A stretch of 64,000 nucleotides of DNA from Candidatus Latescibacterota bacterium (GTDB taxonomy: Bacteria > Latescibacterota > UBA2968 > UBA8231), in assembly GCA_965206595.1 (NCBI GenBank), contig OZ242214.1, positions 4,544,001 through 4,608,000 of the forward strand. Direction: 5' to 3'. The translations under genes and the position numbers were made by a program. Below are positions 41,412 through 51,484 of this stretch, piece after piece (position 1 is the first letter of the stretch; each line of letters starts with the position of its first letter). Below the pieces are notes generated by a model that made no database searches, was not told the DNA's origin, and was given only the letters and a program-made list of their open reading frames with translations.

Positions 41412-42154
41412 AAGTCTGCCTCCGCGTTGTCCAGGGGGGCGAAGCCGAGTCGGGCTACCGTGTCCCCGAGATCGAAGACGCGGCGGTCGTTGGCGCTGAT
41501 CGCGTAGGCGAGCAGGAACCGCGCGTCGACCTCGAGGGCGCGGCGGAAGGCCTGCACGCAGTCCTGGTGACTGAGGTGCATGGCCCGCATGTAGTCCTCG
41601 GCCGCGGTTCCCCGCATCAGGGCGGCGTCGTTCTGCTTCGTGATCCAGCCGATGCGCAGGCCGATGAAACGGAGTCCATGCCTCTCGCTGAAGTACTTGC
41701 CGAGGTTCTCGCCGAACAGCTTCGAAACGGCGTAGAGGGAGTCGGGATTCGGGGGGTCGGTCAGGCGCAGGTTTCTTCTTTTGGCAGGGTCCAGTGTTTC
41801 CGGGGTAGTGGCGATGGTGTCGCCGTGCTGTGTGTGGTTGGTGGTCGCGAAAACGATGCGCTCGACGCCGCTGTTGCGGCACTCCTCGAATACCTGGTAG
41901 GTCGCTTCGATGTTGTTGTCGCGGACCGAATCCCACATTGCGCCCGGATTCGGATCGGCGGCGAGGTGGATGACCGCGTCCAGTCCTCCAAAGATGCCCT
42001 GTACCTGGCCGGCCTCTGCCAGGTCGACAACGAACGCGGTGCGCGGACCTTCCTCGCGGTCGAAGCCGATGACCTCGTAGTCTTCGCCGAGGCCGGTGGC
42101 GAGCACGCCGCCGATGGTGCCGTTGGCGCCGGTTATTCCAATCCGCTTAGCCAA
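41408..42154 (-). CDS. NAD-dependent epimerase/dehydrogenase (uronate dehydrogenase-like SDR)
   Basis: ITGANGTIG, VIHLAA, PDSLYAVSK, LRIG; TTG start inferred. Confidence 0.85.
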   Translation of the reverse strand: MAKRIGITGANGTIGGVLATGLGEDYEVIGFDREEGPRTAFVVDLAEAGQVQGIFGGLDAVIHLAADPNPGAMWDSVRDNNIEATYQVFEECRNSGVERIVFATTNHTQHGDTIATTPETLDPAKRRNLRLTDPPNPDSLYAVSKLFGENLGKYFSERHGLRFIGLRIGWITKQNDAALMRGTAAEDYMRAMHLSHQDCVQAFRRALEVDARFLLAYAISANDRRVFDLGDTVARLGFAPLDNAEADF

Positions 42155-42463
42155 TGAAGGTTCCTTTCCGAGCCGGGGGAGAGCTGCCTTGACGGTTGTG
42201 CCAATGTAGCGATTCGCCCCTCTGCCGCAACGAATCAGCCCCGGGGTGCGCTGGCGGCCGGGTTTGTTGCCAGGGGTGGGGGATTGCGCAACCTTACCAG
42301 CGTTTTCCGGGGGCATGCTGATGTTTTGGGCGTGCTGGTCTCCACCATATCCGTTGCACAATCCGTTCGTACGCCTGTCTTCGGGACAGGGCGCCGGGAT
42401 TGTCTTTGCTGCTTGTGATTCCGTTCTCACACCTGCCTCTGCTTCGAACCAAAGGAGGTCCAT

Positions 42464-43039
42464 ATGACCGTTCACACACCGCGTTCATTCATGACTGCGG
42501 AAGAGCTGTTCGATCTGGCGGATGACGGCGGTCGATTTGAGCTGGTAGAAGGAGACCTTGTCCACATGACCCCGACCGGCGGCACACATGGCGCACTGAC
42601 GGTTCGCATAGGGCGCCTGCTCGACGAGTACGTAGAAGCGCACGACCTCGGCGTCTGCTGCGGCGCCGAGACCGGGTTCATTCTCCAGCGGGAACCCGAT
42701 ACGGTGCGCGCCCCGGACCTCGCCGTCGTGGTGAAATCCCGCGTTCCATCCACGGGCATCCCCGGCACCTACTGGCCGTTCGCTCCCGACCTCGCCGTCG
42801 AAGTCGTTTCCCCGTCGGACCGCCTGGCCGACGTTCACGTCAAGATTGCCGAGTACTTCGCGGCCGGGACCCGCCTGGTCTGGCTCCTGGAACCCGAAAC
42901 CCGAATGGTCCACGTATACCGTTCCCTGCAGCACGTCGAAGTAGTGGGAACGGAGGAGGACCTCGATGGCGGCGATGTGCTGCCTGGGTTCAGCTGTCCG
43001 GTGCGGCGACTTTTTCCTTCGGACCGTTCGTCGCGATGA
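42464..43039 (+). CDS. Uma2 (DUF820) family endonuclease-like protein
   Basis: ELVEG, RAPDLA, APDLAVEVVSPSD, YFAAGTRLVW, DVLPGF; RBS AAGGAGG. Confidence 0.92.
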   Translation: MTVHTPRSFMTAEELFDLADDGGRFELVEGDLVHMTPTGGTHGALTVRIGRLLDEYVEAHDLGVCCGAETGFILQREPDTVRAPDLAVVVKSRVPSTGIPGTYWPFAPDLAVEVVSPSDRLADVHVKIAEYFAAGTRLVWLLEPETRMVHVYRSLQHVEVVGTEEDLDGGDVLPGFSCPVRRLFPSDRSSR

Positions 43040-44394
43040 GCTTCGAATTCGCTCTCTCGCCTGCCTTCGTCAAGTACTACTGCATTGGTATTGGCGTATT
43101 CCTGGTTGTTTCCGTCTTGCTGCTGGTCTGGCAACTCGGTCCGCTGTGGTTCAAGCTGCGCCGAGTAAAAGGAGACCTGAAGAATCTGAATGGAGAAGAA
43201 GGATTTGCCAGGGGCTTCGAAGGCTATGATCGCAAGGTCAAAGAGATCCTTGGCCTGCCGTGGACGGAATTCGTGGAGACTTTGGTTCTACCTGAATCTG
43301 AGTCTGATGATCCGATTCGCAACACCAGCGAGGTTTCTCGGTACCTCAACGACGCCACCATCGTTTCTCCCAAGATTTCTTCAGGTTTCTACCAAGCTGT
43401 ACCAAATCTGCTGACCGGCGTCGGCATCCTCGGTACGTTCCTCGGTCTGGCCGCCGGGGTCGGTGCGGCAAGTTCCGGTCTTTCTTCCAGCAAACCCGCT
43501 GAGATCACCGCGGCTCTACAGCAGCTTCTGGGTGGGGCATCCCTGGCGTTCTGGACGTCCATTGCCGGTATCTCCGCATCCATCCTGTTCGTGTTAGTCG
43601 AACGCTTTTCCTCGCGACGTCTCCACGTTGAACTCGACAAGTGGGTCGGAGCCATCGAATCCCGGCTCGAGCGCGTCACGTCGGAAGGCGTCGCTCTAAA
43701 ACAACTCGACCAAGCGCAACGCGCGACGACGCAACTCGAACGATTCAACTCCGAGTTGATATTCTCTCTTGAACAGGCGCTCGAGGAGAAGATCGCGGGC
43801 CGTCTGTCCCCGCAACTCGAGCGGCTCCTGGAAGCGGTCGAAGGACTACGCGAGGATCGGGCAACCGACAGCGGTCAGATGATCGAACAGGCGCTTGTCC
43901 GGTTCACCGATGCGCTTCAGGAAAGGACCGGCTCGCAGTTCGAGGATATGGCGGCAACCGTCGAAGCCCTGAATCGCACCCTGAAAGAATCCGCCGACGC
44001 CCAGGCGCAAACGCAGCGCGATGTCCGCGGCGCGCTCGATTCGGTCCTGAATGCAGTCAGGACTGCAATGGATACCGGCGCCACGGCCATGACCGAGACG
44101 TTGCAACAGTCACTGGGTGAGGTAACCGGTGTTCTCGCCAGCGCGTCGGAACAACTGGCGAATCGGCTTACCGCTTCCACCAATGCCGCCGCGGACGAAC
44201 TCAGGAGCACGCTCGGTTCCGCCAGCCAGGAGTTGGCCAGGACAGGCACTGAAGCCGCATCGAAGATCACTGGTTCGTTACAGGGCCTGCTTTTTCATTA
44301 TCCGAGGACGTGCTTGTCATCAACGGGACGGTGGCCGGCAGGATCCGCAAAGCCCGGGTCGACACGTTCCAAGACCGGGCCGGGTTCGACGTAA
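43036..44394 (+). pseudogene. zorA: ZorA-like (MotA/ExbB family) Zorya protein, C-terminally truncated near 44290
   Basis: W.EF.ETL, PNLLTGVGILGTFLGL, GASLAFWTS, long amphipathic helical tail that ends abruptly in an out-of-character FHYPRTC... read-through. Confidence 0.8.
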
Positions 44395-45129
44395 TGATTC
44401 TGTCCCCGCGTGCCGGCGGCGTCGGACTGACACTAACGGCAGCAAACCATGTCATTCACCTCTCGCGCTGGTGGAACCCGGCGGTCGAGGATCAGTGTAC
44501 CGACAGGGTCTTTCGTATCGGCCAGCGGCGGACGGTGCACGTGTACCTGCCCATCGCTCGTCACCCGGACTTCGGAGACTACAGCTTCGACATCAAGCTC
44601 GACAGCCTGATGGAGGTAAAGCGGGAGACCAACCGTCGCGTGCTCGCGCCGACCGCGGCGACGAAAGCGGACGTGGGTGATCTCTACCGCACCACCATGA
44701 TGGAGGCGCGGGGCAGCGATGCGGCGTCTGACGTACCGTTAGACCAGATCAATATGATGGAGCCGGAGGCCTTCGAACGAATGGGTGCTCGGAGAGCTTG
44801 GCAAGGCCGGCTACGACACCCGGAAAACTCCTCGGAGCGGCGACTGCGGAGCTGACGGCTTGGCAATTTTCGCTACAGGAGGTAATCGGCACACCATCGT
44901 GGTTCAGTGCAAACACACCCAGCAGCAGGACGCCAAGTGCGGCCGGACCGCCGTCGAGGAAGTGCTGCGTTCAATTCCCGCGTACGAAGACGCGATCCAA
45001 GGCGACGCACGGCCAATGGTCGTGACGAATGCGGCCGGCTTCACCAACGATGCCATGCTCTTGGCAAAACGGGAAGGCGTGCAGCTTTTCGCCCGTGACC
45101 GCCTTCGGCAACTCCGATCTGTGAATTAA
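44292..45129 (+). pseudogene. zorD: C-terminal remnant of ZorD-like SNF2 helicase + Mrr nuclease, frameshifted near 44781
   Basis: [41 protein letters not shown] (SNF2 HelicC); after removing one A: FERWVLGEL..GY..T..SGDCGAD..VQCK (Mrr_cat). Confidence 0.8.
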
Positions 45130-45148
45130 CTGTCTGCTTTCTCTCAAA

Positions 45149-46642
45149 ATGTCCGAGCCCCCAAATCTCCTCTACATCCACTCCGATCAGCACAGTCCGT
45201 TCGTCTCCGGCTGTTACGGCGACCCGCTGGTGCGGACGCCCCATCTCGATGCCCTGGCAGCGGAGGGGGTCCTGCTCGAAAACGCGTACTGCCCCTCGCC
45301 GATCTGCGTGCCGTCGCGGATGTCGATGCTCAGTGGCCGGCACCCGTTCGAAAACCGCGTCTGGACCAACAGCCACATCCTCAGCTCGGCGATACCGACG
45401 CTCGCCCACGCCATGGGAGCGGCCGGGTACCGGCCGCTGCTGGTCGGGCGCATGCATGCGCTGGGGTCGGACCAGCTTCACGGCTACGCCGAGCGCCTCG
45501 TGGGAGATCACGGGCCCAACCACCTCGGAGGCGAGGGCGGTGCCGACCGCGGCGATCTCCAGGGCTGCGCCGGCCCGGCCCGCATCAGTCTGACCAACTC
45601 GGGGCCGGGCCAGAGCTCCTACCAGGTCCACGACGAAGACGTCACCGCGGCGACGGTCGACTACCTGAACCGCCTCGGAGTGAAGAGGCGTGCCGGGGTG
45701 GACGGCTCCCCGTTCTCGATATCGGTCGGGTTCATGCTGCCGCACCAGCCGTTCGTGGCGCGCCGCGAGGATTACGAGCTGTACGACGGGCGCATGACGA
45801 TGCCGCGCACCCCGGAGCCGTTCGGCGACCACCTGCATCCCCACATTGCCCGCTGGCGGCAGGATACCGGCACCGTCGAGGTTCCCGACGAGGAAATACT
45901 TCGTGCGCGCACGGCGTACTGGGCGCTGGTTACGCGGATGGACGCGATGATCGGCGAGATTTTCGAGGCTCTGCGCCGCAACGACCTGGCCGGCAACACC
46001 CTGATCCTCTACACCTCCGACCACGGCGAGCAGGCCGGCGAGCACGGACTCTGGTGGAAACAGACGTTCTACGAAGACTCGGTGAAAGTCCCGGCCATAC
46101 TGGCCTGGCCCGGTGGGCTGCCGCAAGGAGGGCGCTGCGATCGCGTCGTCAGCTCGCTCGATCTCAACGCGACCATGCTCGAGGCCCTCGGGGCGCCGCC
46201 GCTGCCCTACTCGCGCGGACGCAGCATGCTGGCGCTGCTGCGCGACCCCGAGGCTCCCTGGGAAGACGTCGCCTACTCGGAGTTCTGCCTCGACGGCGTG
46301 GGGGCCGGGGGTCCGTTTTCCGGGCACGGGGTGTTCCAGCGCATGATCCGCCGGGGGGAATGGAAGCTCAACTACTACCACGGCATGCCCTGCCAGCTGT
46401 TCAACCTGCGCGACGACCCGCGCGAAATGGAGGACCGCGCCGCCGATCCCGGGTGCGGGGAGATCCGCGACGAGTTGCTCAACCGGGTGCTCCGCGACTG
46501 GGACCCGGAGTGGGTGATGGCCCGCATGGCGGCCCTGCGGGAAGACCAGAAGATCCTCGGGGCCTGGGCGAGGCAGGTGAAGCCGCCGGACCGCTACCGG
46601 TGGCCGCTGCTCAGCGGCATGGATTACCTCGATGAGGACTGA
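45149..46642 (+). CDS. Sulfatase (choline-sulfatase-like, Cys-type)
   Basis: SDQH, CVPSR formylglycine motif, GRMH, PHQPF, TSDHG. Confidence 0.92.
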   Translation: MSEPPNLLYIHSDQHSPFVSGCYGDPLVRTPHLDALAAEGVLLENAYCPSPICVPSRMSMLSGRHPFENRVWTNSHILSSAIPTLAHAMGAAGYRPLLVGRMHALGSDQLHGYAERLVGDHGPNHLGGEGGADRGDLQGCAGPARISLTNSGPGQSSYQVHDEDVTAATVDYLNRLGVKRRAGVDGSPFSISVGFMLPHQPFVARREDYELYDGRMTMPRTPEPFGDHLHPHIARWRQDTGTVEVPDEEILRARTAYWALVTRMDAMIGEIFEALRRNDLAGNTLILYTSDHGEQAGEHGLWWKQTFYEDSVKVPAILAWPGGLPQGGRCDRVVSSLDLNATMLEALGAPPLPYSRGRSMLALLRDPEAPWEDVAYSEFCLDGVGAGGPFSGHGVFQRMIRRGEWKLNYYHGMPCQLFNLRDDPREMEDRAADPGCGEIRDELLNRVLRDWDPEWVMARMAALREDQKILGAWARQVKPPDRYRWPLLSGMDYLDED

Positions 46643-46799
46643 CCTTTCTTTTTTTACCTGGGAGGAGTTCAGGAGCCGTCCGTGCGATTATTGCGCTTTA
46701 CCGTAGCAGAAACCGCCTGACCACAGTCAGTTTGCTCTGATATGCTCATTGCCGGCAGGTATCGTCATGCCTTTCGGCCGAACCCTTGGAGACACTCAC

Positions 46800-47453
46800 A
46801 TGGCACTCGAGGTGTACGACTTCCGCAACGACGAGCACATCTGCCAGATGCTGGTGCGTCCCGAGATCCGCTGCCGCTTCATGAGGGCGGAGCCCGGCAC
46901 CGTGCAGACGGTGCAGCACAGCCACGACCTGGGCCACGAGATATTCCTGATCCTGCAGGGACGCTGCGAGTTCCAGGTCTCCGGGGACACCGCGGTGCTG
47001 GGGCCGGGGCAGCTGTGCCTTGCCCTGGCGGACGAACCGCACAAGATCCGCGTCGTCGGCGACGAACCGGTGATCATGTACCTGTCGGTGACGCCCCATA
47101 TCCAGCCGACACATACCGGACGCGACGACGACGGCACCCGGCACCCGTTGAGATTTGCGCCCAACAGCTCGTACGGCGTCGAAACCGACACCGCCACACC
47201 GGCGGCAGAGCTGGTCGACAGTTTCGTCGAGGCCTCGGCAGACTTCGCGCGAACCGTGCGCGCCGCCGCGGACAGACAGACCGAGGTGTCCGTCGAGCTG
47301 AAGGCCGCCCTGGCTGCCGGCGACTACGACAAGGTCGAGGAGCTTCGCGACCAGCTGTGGGAAGGGGTGTACCGGGGATTCAAGGAGATCCACGCGCTCG
47401 GCGATCTGTGGAACACGGTGGCCCCGCGCATCAGCCGCTTCGACGGGAAGTGA
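46800..47453 (+). CDS. Cupin domain protein
   Basis: HSHDLGHEIFLILQG and EPH cupin metal motifs; RBS GGAGA. Confidence 0.8.
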   Translation: MALEVYDFRNDEHICQMLVRPEIRCRFMRAEPGTVQTVQHSHDLGHEIFLILQGRCEFQVSGDTAVLGPGQLCLALADEPHKIRVVGDEPVIMYLSVTPHIQPTHTGRDDDGTRHPLRFAPNSSYGVETDTATPAAELVDSFVEASADFARTVRAAADRQTEVSVELKAALAAGDYDKVEELRDQLWEGVYRGFKEIHALGDLWNTVAPRISRFDGK

Positions 47454-47460
47454 GGGGGAC

Positions 47461-48525
47461 ATGCCTGCCATCAGAATCGGTGTCGTCGGCTGCGGCGCGA
47501 TCGCCCAGGTCCACCACCTTCCCAACCTCGCCCTGCTGCAGGACCTTTTCGAGGTCCCGGTGATCTGCGACATCTCACCGGACCTCGCCGAAGCGGTCGC
47601 GGCGCAGTTCCACGTTCCGCGATACGTCACCGACTACCGGGAGCTTCTGGACGCCGGCGTCGACGCCGTGCTGCTGTGCCACGGCGACCCCAAGACCGAG
47701 GCCGGCCTCGCGGTGCTGGAGGCGGGGAAGCACCTGTTCATCGAAAAACCGGTCTGCTTCACCCTGTCGGACGCCGATGCCATGATCACCGCGGCGCGCA
47801 GCGCCGGAGTGGTGGCGCAGGCGGGGTACATGAAGGCCCACGACCCCGCCTTCGAGCTGCTCGCGCGCGAGGTCGGGTCGATGGGGCCGGTTCGCTTCAT
47901 CCAGGTCAACCACCTGCACACCGACAACAGCCATCACCTGGTGCATTTCGGGGTCAGGCGGGCAGGGGGCCTGCCTTCCGCGGCGAACGTCAAGAGGGCG
48001 GACGATGTCGCCGAAGCCCTGGGAAGCGGAATCCCTGAGGAGGCGAGGCGGATCTTCTTCGTCCTCGCTGGCAGCATGATACACGATCTCTACGGTCTGA
48101 GGATTCTGTTCGGGCAGCCGGAGCGGGTCTTGAGCACCGAGGTCTGGAACGGAGGCATGGGGGTAACGGCCATCCTCGCGTACGGTTCGGGAGCCCGCTG
48201 CGCCGCGACCTGGGTGGAGCTTTCGGGGATCAAGGATTTCGTCGAGACCCTCGAGGTCTACAGCGACGACCGCGGCGCCCTGTTGTCGTACCCGACCGGG
48301 TTCTCGCGCGGCATACCGTCGCAGCTCGAAATCCGCGGCGTCGACGGCAGCGGCCGTCCCTTTCGCCGGCAGCCGTTCGTCGACTGGGAGATCCCGTTCG
48401 TGCGCGAACTTCGTCATTTCCACGCCTGCATCGCGGAAGGAGTCGAGTGCCGCACATCGCTGGAGGGGGCGCGGGACGATGTCGCCCTCGTGATCGACAT
48501 CGTGCGCGCCTACCTCGACCGGTGA
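47461..48525 (+). CDS. Gfo/Idh/MocA oxidoreductase
   Basis: GVVGCGAIA, GKHLFIEKP, MIHD. Confidence 0.9.
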   Translation: MPAIRIGVVGCGAIAQVHHLPNLALLQDLFEVPVICDISPDLAEAVAAQFHVPRYVTDYRELLDAGVDAVLLCHGDPKTEAGLAVLEAGKHLFIEKPVCFTLSDADAMITAARSAGVVAQAGYMKAHDPAFELLAREVGSMGPVRFIQVNHLHTDNSHHLVHFGVRRAGGLPSAANVKRADDVAEALGSGIPEEARRIFFVLAGSMIHDLYGLRILFGQPERVLSTEVWNGGMGVTAILAYGSGARCAATWVELSGIKDFVETLEVYSDDRGALLSYPTGFSRGIPSQLEIRGVDGSGRPFRRQPFVDWEIPFVRELRHFHACIAEGVECRTSLEGARDDVALVIDIVRAYLDR

Positions 48526-48658
48526 AGGCTCGGCCCGGGGAACGGCACCCACCAGGTCCGAAGCGGTCCAGGTCGAGCAGACGGTGCGGCCGCTGCTTGA
48601 TTTTCTGCGGTTGCCAGCTGATGCCGTGGCACCTGGCAACCGGGATCCGCCTCCTGCC

Positions 48659-49537
48659 TCACCTCCGCTCGCGGGCAGCCACCCAGGCTTCCCGGAACCG
48701 GGCCATGGTCGGGAACCGCTCTGCCGGATCCATGCGGCAGGCCTGTTCGACGACCTCGAACAGGCCGTCGCCGTCGACGAATCTCGCTCGTTCCACTTCT
48801 CCCTGGGCGAGAAAGACCGCGGCGGCGCGCCCCATGGTGAACACCGTGGTACGCTCATCGATGCGGGCCCCCAGCTCGAACTCCTCGGGGGCCATGAATC
48901 GCGACGAGCCGAACATGCGTCCCATGTCGTTGTCGAAGGGACCCTGCCTGTACAGGTCGAGATCGACGAGGTGCACGGCTCTTCGCTCGAAGTCGTAGAT
49001 CACGGAACCGTCGTAGAAGTCGCAGGCGATCCAACCCCGGTCGGCAAGCCGGACGTGGACGTCGAAAATTTCATCCAGGGCAAGCAGAATCCCCTCCGGC
49101 GACTGGTGTACGAACCGGTAGAATGGGGAACCTGGGCGGGTCCGCTCTTCGGGCTCGACCCGCAGTAGCTCGCCGTCGACCCAGTCGTACACGAGCAGGG
49201 GACCATCCGGGGACTCGACGAGGTTGTGAAGGGTCGGCAGGGCCCTGTGAGCGAATGAACGGGCAAGGGACGCGGCGTTGTGCAGGAGGTCGCTCCTGGC
49301 GCGGTGGTCGGCATGTGGGGTGGAGAATTCGGGCTCCCCCGCGGTCTTGACGAAAAACCTCAGCCCGGAGACGTCTACCCCGTACGACACGTTGCCGGAA
49401 TCCTGGGTCGCCTCATCGAAACGGGCGAACAGCTCTCCGCAGGAACCCAGGAAATCGACGGCCCGGAGTGAGATCTCGCTTGCCGTTACCAGCGGCGTCG
49501 AGGGTTCCGGAAGCTTGCTTGAGTCGCTGCTCGTCAT
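48659..49537 (-). CDS. Protein kinase-like phosphotransferase
   Basis: FFVK, IACDFYDG catalytic-loop variant, VDLD, FGSSRFMAPEEF. Confidence 0.75.
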   Translation of the reverse strand: MTSSDSSKLPEPSTPLVTASEISLRAVDFLGSCGELFARFDEATQDSGNVSYGVDVSGLRFFVKTAGEPEFSTPHADHRARSDLLHNAASLARSFAHRALPTLHNLVESPDGPLLVYDWVDGELLRVEPEERTRPGSPFYRFVHQSPEGILLALDEIFDVHVRLADRGWIACDFYDGSVIYDFERRAVHLVDLDLYRQGPFDNDMGRMFGSSRFMAPEEFELGARIDERTTVFTMGRAAAVFLAQGEVERARFVDGDGLFEVVEQACRMDPAERFPTMARFREAWVAARERR

Positions 49538-49662
49538 TTCACCCGATTCCGGGGGCGTTGATGCGGAAGATCATGGCGCCGGAGCACTGCGGGGAGGCAT
49601 CGGCTTGACCCATCCTCTTTGAGAGCGGGAGCGGTATCGCTTCGGTACGGCGCTTCCTGCCC

Positions 49663-51213
49663 TCACTCCCAGATCGAGTTCATCTGCCAGGCGTCGAGCG
49701 ACCTGAGCCAGGCCTCGCTCCCCTGGGCGCGCAGCGATACCCCGATGCTGTCGGCGCGCTCCGGATAGACGCGTACCGCCAGGCACTGCCTGCCGTTTGC
49801 GAACAGCTCGACCACGCTGCGGTCGACGAACACCCGCAGCTCGAGAAGCTCCCCGTCGCCGAGCAGCACCGGGGCGGTTTCCGGGGCCCGGGAGAGTACA
49901 TCGGGGGCGACCGAGGAGTAGGAGGAATCGATGGTCAGCAGGCTCTGCCGGGCGTCCATGCCGAAAACCCGCCGCAGGGAAAAGCCGCGGTCCCTGAAGA
50001 AGGCGATGCGCGTGAACTCCTCGCGGTCCGGGGAGCGCAGCAGGTTCAGCTCGACCATGGGGGCCTCGCGCGGATCGATTTCCGCGATGATCTCGAGCGC
50101 GTTTCCCGCCACCGAGTCGAGCACGATTTCCCGGTTGGCCGGCAGGCTCATGTTCTCGATCCGCTCGTGGAACCCGCGCACCGACTCGATGTCGCCGGCC
50201 GGGGTCATCGAGAGATCGTCGCCGTCGACGGACAGCCGCCTCGGCAGCGTCATGATCTGATCCCAGCCCTCCGTCGGCTTGCCCGGGTTCATGTTGAATA
50301 TGACGATCACGTCCCCGCTTCCGTCGGGGGTGGCCGACGGCGCGTGCACCCCTGAAGGGGTGGAGGCGCCGAAGTTGAACTTCTGTCCGTGGGTGACGAC
50401 GAACTTGTCCCGCTCGCGGTCGTAGTCGCCGAGCAAGTACTGGCCGCCGCTCATGTGGCTGAAGAAGAGGAGGATATGGCGGTCGCCGAGCGGCCAGAAG
50501 TAGGGGCAGGCGCCGTCGTCACCGACGAGGGTGAAGGCGTCGTCCTCGACGAAGGGGTGCAGGTACTCCCAGTGCTCGAGGTCGTCCGAACGCAGCAGGA
50601 AGTTTGCGCGCACCGGTTTTCCCGCGGGTCCCTCCGGCTTGGTCCCGGCCGACAGCGAGTAGTAGGTGCCGTCCTTCTTCCAGATGCAGGGGTCGAACAC
50701 CCTGTACGGCAGCTGGGAACCGTCGGGGGCCCGAATCGGGATCACCGCCCTGTCTGCCACCTTCTCCCAGTTGAGCAGCAGCGGATCGCTCGAAACCGCG
50801 ACCATGTTGCCGGCCTGCGTGCCGTGGTAGATGGCGATGACGCGGTCCTCCTCGACCAGGGTGGCCCCGGAGAAGCACCTCTCCTCCGGGTCGGGGTAGA
50901 TGCAGTAGGGCAGGTCGCGCCAGTGGATGAGGTCGTCGGAGACGGCGTGGCCCCAGTGCTGGCGGGTGTCCTCTGGCGGGTAGGCCTGGTAGAACAGGTG
51001 CCAGCGGTCCTGCCAGCGGCAGAGGCCGTTCGGATCGTTCAGCATCGCCTCGGGATTGACGTAGTGGTAGAGCGGCCGGTGGGGGTCCCCGGCGTAGGTC
51101 TGGCGCGACGCGAGCAACCGCTGCATCAGCGGGTTGGAGGCCAGGGCCGCTTCCTGCTCCGCGAGGGTGTCGGGGAACCTGTACCGGGGAACCTTCGATG
51201 TGAGATCGGTCAT
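49663..51213 (-). CDS. GH32-family glycoside hydrolase (atypical active site)
   Basis: LNDPNG, WHLFYQ, WGHAVSDDLIHW, FSG, FDP, C-terminal VFVDRSVVELF beta-sandwich. Confidence 0.88.
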   Translation of the reverse strand: MTDLTSKVPRYRFPDTLAEQEAALASNPLMQRLLASRQTYAGDPHRPLYHYVNPEAMLNDPNGLCRWQDRWHLFYQAYPPEDTRQHWGHAVSDDLIHWRDLPYCIYPDPEERCFSGATLVEEDRVIAIYHGTQAGNMVAVSSDPLLLNWEKVADRAVIPIRAPDGSQLPYRVFDPCIWKKDGTYYSLSAGTKPEGPAGKPVRANFLLRSDDLEHWEYLHPFVEDDAFTLVGDDGACPYFWPLGDRHILLFFSHMSGGQYLLGDYDRERDKFVVTHGQKFNFGASTPSGVHAPSATPDGSGDVIVIFNMNPGKPTEGWDQIMTLPRRLSVDGDDLSMTPAGDIESVRGFHERIENMSLPANREIVLDSVAGNALEIIAEIDPREAPMVELNLLRSPDREEFTRIAFFRDRGFSLRRVFGMDARQSLLTIDSSYSSVAPDVLSRAPETAPVLLGDGELLELRVFVDRSVVELFANGRQCLAVRVYPERADSIGVSLRAQGSEAWLRSLDAWQMNSIWE

Positions 51214-51484
51214 CTTCTGCTCCTGTTTGGTATTGCTGCTTTCAGCGGGTGGTTTGGGAATTCGCGGACGCTTATACCGGTTCGCTACCGGTTGCGCCCG
51301 GGCCTCCGGGAGATCGGGAAGTTGAGGCTGGCCTCGTGCCCCCACCAGATTCTAACCGGACACGCCGTCCATTTCCGACCGGTTCTCTCGGCAGCGCGTC
51401 CAGCAGGGTACGCCTTGCAAACCAGCTCCCGGGGGATATCTGAATTGCGGCCCCCCAACACGGGAATCGCCGGGCATGCGATGC

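Noticed and set aside
42290-42300. AACCTTACCAG resembling a conserved 16S rRNA segment
   Set aside because: Only about 11 nt match; the flanks are not rRNA-like
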